Made by a program: the position numbers and the translations under genes. DNA of 64,000 nucleotides from positions 9,910-73,909 of the forward strand of contig CAZWRN010000002.1 in NCBI GenBank assembly GCA_964636275.1, given 5' to 3'. Source of the DNA: an uncultured Gammaproteobacteria bacterium (GTDB taxonomy: Bacteria > Patescibacteriota > Microgenomatia > Daviesbacterales > UBA10151). The notes beneath the pieces are model-generated. The model saw only the letters and a program-made list of their open reading frames with translations, was not told the origin of the DNA and made no database searches. Numbering within the stretch: position 1 is the stretch's first letter; every line of letters starts with the position of its first letter. Shown piece after piece: positions 58,085 through 64,000 of this stretch.

Positions 58085-59473
58085 CTAGTTATTCAGCTTC
58101 TCAGCTAGCTCTTTTTGCTCTTTGGAGAGTATTTTTTCTTCGTCAATGTAGCCTTTTTCAGTCTCTAAAAGCCACTCACTAGCCTCCATTTTGGTGACAA
58201 TCGCCTCCAGGTGAGTTATTCGAATGGCAATTATCTGATTGATACGGTCGACATCAGCTTTATGCTCCTGGTAAAAATTGTTCATCTCCGGTGCAGTAGC
58301 CACCGAGGCCCAACCTTCCTGAACTTTTTTCAATGAATCAAGACCGCTTTTCCATGCCTGAATCTCCTGTGTGGTGTAGCTCGGCGGTATATACCCCCCA
58401 GCTTGCTGAACTATCACTTGAGTTGGACAGCCATTGATCTGGCCTTGGACTTCGGCAATACCGATATCTTCCAGTTCGGGATCCAGCAAAAATTTTTGCC
58501 ATTTAGGAAACTCAAAAATATTTTCTCCCAACTCTTCTGCTTCATAATAGCCACGAATAAAAGCTTCTGCCCACTTTGGATTCCAGTAGCCTGCTTCAGC
58601 CATCGAATCCTTCATTGTATATCCAGACTTGGTAGCTTCAAAAGAAAAATCATTAAATTTGAGGACATTTGCCCCCCGTAGAGCAGCTGATTTGGCTAAA
58701 GTATCATTTAATTTCAAAGGTTTAAGCCCTTTAGTAAGCCTTTTTTGGTTGATGATCTCGACATATTTAGCTTTATCTAGTTTGATCCTGGTGTTGGGGT
58801 TGTCATCATTACTCGGATCACGCCATAAAGAATCGTATTTACCCAGCTGTTTTTGATAAGGGAGAACGTGCGCAATATCAATCTCATCTATCAATCCCAG
58901 CTCATAACGGGAATCACTACTACCTTTTCGATTGTCGCCGAGGACAAAATATTTTTGCTCAGGTATTTGGAGTGGCGTACAATCAGATAAAAAATCACCT
59001 CCAAATGTCGAATGCGCCATCGCCGTGTAAGGCTCTTTGAGTGTTTCTCCGTTTAAAATCACCTGGCCATCACGAATTTCAATAGTATCGCCTGGCAGCC
59101 CGATTAGTCTTTTGACAAAGCCTCTTTTCTCATTATATTTTTCTGAGGTGATTTCATCAGTTTTGGTATTTTCGAAATCGACAATATCCCCTCTCTGCAG
59201 TGGCCTGGTAAAAAATGACTGTCCAAAAAGTTTTATTCCACTGGGATAATAATACATATCTATTGTGGCCACAGTTTGCTCAGCCAGGTTTTGAGGATCA
59301 TCGCCTTCACCTTTAGGAAAAGTCGGATACATCGAGCCGGTACCGGAAAGAGCAATTTTCTCAGTCGCAATCCCTGTAGGTGCCAGCAAGATCCGCCTGG
59401 TGTCCTGATTATGATTTAGAAGTAGGCTAACTAAAACAATTGCTAAAAAAAACAGTAAAATTTTATTTAACAT
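58085..59473 (-). CDS. lepB: Signal peptidase I fused to a CAP-like domain
   Basis: GSMYPT, FVKRLIGLPGD, GDNR..SSDSR; then IINQKR...LAKSA..R...AGY...DIGIA. Confidence 0.85.
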   Translation of the reverse strand: MLNKILLFFLAIVLVSLLLNHNQDTRRILLAPTGIATEKIALSGTGSMYPTFPKGEGDDPQNLAEQTVATIDMYYYPSGIKLFGQSFFTRPLQRGDIVDFENTKTDEITSEKYNEKRGFVKRLIGLPGDTIEIRDGQVILNGETLKEPYTAMAHSTFGGDFLSDCTPLQIPEQKYFVLGDNRKGSSDSRYELGLIDEIDIAHVLPYQKQLGKYDSLWRDPSNDDNPNTRIKLDKAKYVEIINQKRLTKGLKPLKLNDTLAKSAALRGANVLKFNDFSFEATKSGYTMKDSMAEAGYWNPKWAEAFIRGYYEAEELGENIFEFPKWQKFLLDPELEDIGIAEVQGQINGCPTQVIVQQAGGYIPPSYTTQEIQAWKSGLDSLKKVQEGWASVATAPEMNNFYQEHKADVDRINQIIAIRITHLEAIVTKMEASEWLLETEKGYIDEEKILSKEQKELAEKLNN

Positions 59474-59522
59474 ATTTTAATTATAAGCTATCTGATTTAA
59501 AGAAAGGGCTACGTATTAGGAA

Positions 59523-59968
59523 TTATTTTTTGGATTTATAGACCAATTTGGCAGAACCCGCTAGATCGGTGAGGTGAACACGCTCGTCCGTACTAACTTT
59601 AGGCACAGACTGATCGACAAAAGACTGGTTAATATCTTCAGCATTAGCAGCTCTTTCTCTTACCAAACCAGGGGGTTCGTTCGTCTCTGTATTTGGCCAA
59701 TATGGAGCCTGCGTTGGAGATTTATTGACCTCATTATTGTATTGATCATACATCCATGGATCACCAAGAGAAGCAGATTTCAACATATCTTTTTTGTTGG
59801 CTCTGGTATCAGGATGACCATTGCTACCTGAAATATAAGCTTTGGGCATCTCAAAAGTATTCATAACATCCGCTTTTAGAACTTTACTCTCCAGGATAGG
59901 TGACTCCACCACAACATTCTTTGGAAGCTGATCATCGGGTTTATCTTCACTTGATTCAGTTGGCATAC
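59523..59968 (-). CDS. Hypothetical protein
   Basis: Likely start ATG 59968, 6 nt after TAATAT. Confidence 0.5.
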
Positions 59969-60117
59969 TTAAAATATTAGGACCAAATGAAAGCCAAGTC
60001 AACGGCGTGACATAATTACATAGTGTAAAAAAATTAATTTTTGACGCATAGATGTTTTCAAAAAGATTGCTGGTTTTTTGGGATTATCCTGCCCTACTTA
60101 CTACTACCTACTTACTA

Positions 60118-60633
60118 CTATCTAATTTTTGAGCCGTTGGGGACTTTTTCTGAAGGCATCAGAGGTGAAGGTCTCTCTTCTCCTTCAGCTGCCATGATCA
60201 TTCCCTGAGACTCGAGTCCCATCATTTTACGAGGAGCCAGATTGGTGATAAAGACAAACTGTTTACCTACCAGCTCTGCTGGTTTGTACCATTGTTTGAT
60301 CCCTGACAATATCTGGCGGATCTCATTGGGATTTTCTTCAACTGATTTAACCGTGTCAGTGACTTCAATAGTGTCATCTGCATTCTGAAGAACCTCGGCT
60401 GATTCGCTATTCTTTTCATCTGTCATCTCAACTCCACTGTCATTCTGAGGCGCAGCCGAAGAATCTCTTGACTCGTTTGAGATTACTGGTTCAGTAGTTC
60501 CAACTTCTTCTTGAGCTTTTGGCCCAAAGTCGACTTGTAGCTTTAACAGTCGCTCGGATCCCTCAATCTCCTCAGCAGAGATTACAGTTCCAACTTTAAA
60601 CTCAAGTTTTGCAAAATCTTCTATTGTTATCAT
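60118..60633 (-). CDS. Stand-alone tRNA-binding OB-fold protein (MetG C-terminal/Trbp111-like) with a large acidic insertion
   Basis: ITIEDFAKLEFKVG..LLKLQVDFG [insert] RQILSGI..NLAPRKMMGLESQGMI. Confidence 0.85.
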   Translation of the reverse strand: MITIEDFAKLEFKVGTVISAEEIEGSERLLKLQVDFGPKAQEEVGTTEPVISNESRDSSAAPQNDSGVEMTDEKNSESAEVLQNADDTIEVTDTVKSVEENPNEIRQILSGIKQWYKPAELVGKQFVFITNLAPRKMMGLESQGMIMAAEGEERPSPLMPSEKVPNGSKIR

Positions 60634-60657
60634 AATTTTATTTACCTATTCTCTTTC

Positions 60658-60775
60658 TGTCATGCTGAATTTATTTCAGCATCTTCCAACTTAATTTAAA
60701 TGATATCTTAATGATTATCATTTATCTTTATCAATCCATCACCTTGGAAGATCCTGAAACGAGTTCAGGATGACA
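60658..60775. repeat. Inverted pair of REP-like palindromes (TGTCATSCTGAA...TTCAGSATCT)
   Basis: TGTCATGCTGAATTTATTTCAGCATCT at 60658-60684 and AGATCCTGAAACGAGTTCAGGATGACA at 60749-60775; related copy at 63808-63856. Confidence 0.75.
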
Positions 60776-61769
60776 AAGATGTGATAGTTCCTAAACCAAC
60801 TTTAGTTTTAACCTGCTGTAAAGTCTCTTCTGCCATTGGGCGAATTTTATTTGCACCCTCTTGGAGCATCTTTTCAATTGTTTCTGGATTTGCCATCAGC
60901 TCCCGATATTTTTCCTGCAAAGGTTTTAAGGCCTCAACTACTGTCTCTGCAACTTCTTTTTTGAAATCACCATAGCCTTTGCCGGCAAAATGCTGCTCAA
61001 TTTCTTGGCGAGATTTCCCTGTAAGGTTTTCATAAATCTCTAGCAGGTTATAAACTCCAGGTCTGGATTCGTCAAACTTCACGATCCCCTCAGAATCAGT
61101 TGTGGCTTTCATGACCTTAGAACGAATCAGCTCTGGATCATCCAGCAAATTAATCCGGCTGTTGGCTGATGGATTGGATTTACTCATCTTTTTAGTTGGG
61201 TCATCCAGACTCATGACTCTGGCTGCAATCTGAGAAATTTTAGGTTCGGGGAGTTTGAATGTTTCTCCATAAATACTGTTAAACCTCTGAGCAATATCCC
61301 GAGTTAGCTCTACGTGTTGTTTCTGATCTTCTCCCACCGGAACTTCATCGGTCTGATAAAGCAAAATATCGGCCGCCATTAACACTGGATAGTCGTATAG
61401 TCCCGTGCTCACTGATTCTTGTTGATCACCCGCTTTATCTTTGAACTGAGTCATCCGATTGAGCCAGCCGGTTGGTGTGAAGCAATTTAAAATCCAGCCC
61501 AGCTCAGCGTGAGCTGAAATATCGGATTGAACAAAAACGGTCGATTTTTCAGGATCCAAACCCGCAGCAAAATAAATTGCTGCCAACTCTCTAATTTTTA
61601 TTCTTAATTCCGTTGGATCTTGTGGGACGGTGATCGCATGCATATCAACAATGCAAAAAATATTGTCTGTTTCTTCTTGCGCATCAACCCATCTTTTTAA
61701 TGCACCTAGATAATTGCCTAAATGCAAATCTCCTGATGGTTGTATTCCTGAAAAAACTCTTTTTTTCAT
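60765..61769 (-). CDS. trpS: Tryptophanyl-tRNA synthetase
   Basis: SGIQPSG, HLGN, YPVLMAADIL, GEDQKQH, KMSKS. Confidence 0.97.
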   Translation of the reverse strand: MKKRVFSGIQPSGDLHLGNYLGALKRWVDAQEETDNIFCIVDMHAITVPQDPTELRIKIRELAAIYFAAGLDPEKSTVFVQSDISAHAELGWILNCFTPTGWLNRMTQFKDKAGDQQESVSTGLYDYPVLMAADILLYQTDEVPVGEDQKQHVELTRDIAQRFNSIYGETFKLPEPKISQIAARVMSLDDPTKKMSKSNPSANSRINLLDDPELIRSKVMKATTDSEGIVKFDESRPGVYNLLEIYENLTGKSRQEIEQHFAGKGYGDFKKEVAETVVEALKPLQEKYRELMANPETIEKMLQEGANKIRPMAEETLQQVKTKVGLGTITSLSS

Positions 61770-62482
61770 TGTGTTGTTGCCCTTATTGTATGTGGTTGAT
61801 AATACTTCTGCAATAAAGCTTCTGCAAGGACCGATATCGAATTAAAACTTGGCACTTTGTATTTGGTCGGGAAAACTATTGGCAACTCAGTACAGCCCAG
61901 AATAACTGCCTCTGCACCTTTGGAAACCAATGAATTAGCAATTCTTATTAGTAAAAGTTCCTCTCTTTTTCCATTTTTACCGGCAATTACCGATCGGATA
62001 ATTTGCTCCAACTGCTCAATTTGTTTAGGATTTGGCAGAATACTTTCAACACCAGCCTTTTTAAATGCCTGACTATACAATCCGGTTTTTAACGTTGTTG
62101 GCGTTCCCATCAATCCAATTTTTTTATACCCGCCTTTTTGAACCTGCTTTACCATCTCATCAATCATGGAAACAAATGGAGCTTTAGTCTCTTTTTGCAG
62201 ATCATCTAGCAGTAAGTGGGCAGTGTTACAGGCGATTGAAAAACACAGCACTTGTTTTGGATCGATCATTTTTACTCGTAACTTCAGCATTTTGAGGGCT
62301 GCTTTTTTAGAGCTTTCATCCGAAATAAAATCCGGCACAGGGACGGATAATAAAGCAATATCAGGGAACTGGTCATTATGAACGGCTCCAAATTTTTCAA
62401 TCGACAACTTGATCAAAGTTTTATACATGTACTCTGATGCTTCAGGACCCATCCCGCCTAAAATGGCTAAAGTTTTTTTCAT
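61766..62482 (-). CDS. Aspartate/glutamate racemase family protein
   Basis: LGGMGPEA, IACNTAH, ILGCTELP (two catalytic Cys). Confidence 0.9.
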   Translation of the reverse strand: MKKTLAILGGMGPEASEYMYKTLIKLSIEKFGAVHNDQFPDIALLSVPVPDFISDESSKKAALKMLKLRVKMIDPKQVLCFSIACNTAHLLLDDLQKETKAPFVSMIDEMVKQVQKGGYKKIGLMGTPTTLKTGLYSQAFKKAGVESILPNPKQIEQLEQIIRSVIAGKNGKREELLLIRIANSLVSKGAEAVILGCTELPIVFPTKYKVPSFNSISVLAEALLQKYYQPHTIRATTQ

Positions 62483-63756
62483 CGTAACCTCCTTGCAACT
62501 TCAAGAAATCTTTCCATTCCCCCTCGATTGTGAGCGACTAATGCTAAATTTTTGTAGTCTAACAATGCGGATGGATCAAAAGTAGAATTTACATCTATTC
62601 TATCTCTGGCACCTAACCCCCCTTGGTATGGAAAATCACCAGTTTCCAAGTAATCGTCGAGAGCCAAATCAGTTCGCCCATTGTTGGCCATCAGATATGG
62701 AGGAACCCCTTGCCTGGATGAGTAAAAAAGCGTTTTAACGTTTTTTAGATCTGGAACAGCTTCACCCAGAGCCATTCTCAGGCGATAAAAATCCCTTTCT
62801 TGAACTCCGCCGATAGTGGTAATAGTACTAGGCACGACTTCAGCTGCCTGATCTTCAAACATCGGAACCAATAAACCTGGGATATATCTATCATGCACCA
62901 AAAAATGAGCTGTGGCATACGTATCAGAGTTGTTTGCTCCTCCGTGATTTTCACCCTTTGTATTCATCTTTCCCTTTAACTCTGTTGGCACTCTTTCCTG
63001 ATAAGCGTGTTTTAATGTTTTGGCAGCATCTTTGGATTCATTATTTTCATTTATTCCTACTGTTTCCATAAATACCATCCTATGCGCTACATGAGGGAAA
63101 AATGTATTTACAAATTCTTTGCCTACTTTAGCCATTAGCTGGGCCTGCTCTTCGGCAATTTGGAGATCAAGATCATTTACTGCCGCTGAAATACGATGTG
63201 TAAAAATAAACTGCATTTGAGGAAGAGGCAAACCTCTGCGGTGCAGCGCTTCCAACATTACTCCTCCCTGAGTTAAGTACCCCAAACCCCTGGCTGGCAT
63301 TCTTTTTGTTCCGCCAAAAACCGTTCTAATAACATGATCAGGCTGATCTGAAGCAAGCGATAGATCTTGCATAACCGGAAGAAAATGATGTAGATCCAAA
63401 GCTCCCATTCCTTCAATATAAGACTCTCTTTCTAGTGGAGTTTTTTCGCCTTTAGCTGTCCGACTTTTTTGCTCAAGATCCACCAGCAACATCGCTTCGG
63501 TGGCTGCAACCAATTTGGTATTAAAGTTCCCAATTGAAACTGCATCAGCTCCCTTTAAAGGAAACTCTCCCATTGTTTGGCTAATTGCATGTAGATCTCC
63601 TCCCATGATTTTTCGTGTTTCGCCATTACCTAAAAGTTGCAGTGAGCTCTGGTCTAAAGCAGTCGCCACTCTGTTGCCGGTTTTTTTCCCATACCCAAGT
63701 TCAGCCAATCTGGCAGCTGCCTGTTGAGGCCTGATATTTTTTTCTTTATAGTTCAT
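62479..63756 (-). CDS. Hypothetical protein, first gene after the T-box leader
   Basis: Start trimmed to ATG 63756 (the longer ORF runs through the leader); motifs FGGTKRMPAR, IGGVQERDFYRLR, VPPY. Confidence 0.6.
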   Translation of the reverse strand: MNYKEKNIRPQQAAARLAELGYGKKTGNRVATALDQSSLQLLGNGETRKIMGGDLHAISQTMGEFPLKGADAVSIGNFNTKLVAATEAMLLVDLEQKSRTAKGEKTPLERESYIEGMGALDLHHFLPVMQDLSLASDQPDHVIRTVFGGTKRMPARGLGYLTQGGVMLEALHRRGLPLPQMQFIFTHRISAAVNDLDLQIAEEQAQLMAKVGKEFVNTFFPHVAHRMVFMETVGINENNESKDAAKTLKHAYQERVPTELKGKMNTKGENHGGANNSDTYATAHFLVHDRYIPGLLVPMFEDQAAEVVPSTITTIGGVQERDFYRLRMALGEAVPDLKNVKTLFYSSRQGVPPYLMANNGRTDLALDDYLETGDFPYQGGLGARDRIDVNSTFDPSALLDYKNLALVAHNRGGMERFLEVARRLR

Positions 63757-63774
63757 ATGTTTCTTTCTGGGCAC

Positions 63775-64000
63775 AAAAAAAGCCCTTGCGAACTCATTAC
63801 CTTGTTTAGATGCTGAAATGAGCAAACTCCTGCTTCGCAGTAAGTTCAGCATGACAAAGTTACAAATTCACAAGGGCCCACTAGGCTGTACCACCTTGTT
63901 GTTTCAATCATTCATGACGTTCTTACATACCAATGCTTCGATTCACTATCGTTCACTCAGCATAAACAAACGCTACAGTCTTTTTATGAGTTTCGTCTCT
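63775..64000 (-). ncRNA. T-box riboswitch, 3' half (antiterminator and terminator; Stem I probably beyond the window)
   Basis: AACAAGG-UGGUACA-GC-cuagugg-GC-CCUUG antiterminator overlapping terminator GCCCUUGUGAAUUU...GAGUUCGCAAGGGC-U7; trpS in the operon. Confidence 0.75.

Noticed and set aside
63757-63852. N-terminal 32 aa of the 457-aa ORF
   Set aside because: Reads through the T-box terminator and REP; the real start is probably 63756.

Overview
A gene-dense, low-GC chromosomal segment in standard genetic code. Gene content (short polA, ATP-dependent ligase, SPase-CAP fusion, Pro/Ser-rich surface proteins, leaderless genes) points to a CPR/Patescibacteria genome, probably Microgenomates; that assignment is inference, not a search result. 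1-11.9 kb holds surface/glycan genes: GT2, an O-antigen ligase-like protein, Fn3 proteins, an S74-chaperone fibre, and a GH-like protein with dockerin. 11.9-21.8 kb is the standout locus: an isoprenoid cluster combining the last two MEP enzymes (ispG, ispH) with an archaeal-type isopentenyl phosphate kinase, type-1 Idi, a trans-prenyltransferase, uppS, an ECF sigma factor, a Nudix protein, YjbQ, a HAD, and a circularly permuted HAD fused to an APH-like kinase. No upstream MEP or MVA genes are in the window. The rest is housekeeping/repair genes (pth, tatD, ligase, recF, mutM, nrnA, polA, ftsH, lepB, trpS) plus a small signalling island (GGDEF-DHp, orphan DHp, Crp with a perfect CRP box, unannotated Zn-ribbon microprotein). 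Non-coding highlights are a Cys-codon leader-peptide attenuator, a second leader-peptide attenuator before an ABC exporter, and a T-box leader before unknown-racemase-trpS. REP-like palindromes and 7-mer repeats occur in frame inside conserved proteins. No rRNA, tRNA, CRISPR array, transposase or reverse transcriptase was seen.
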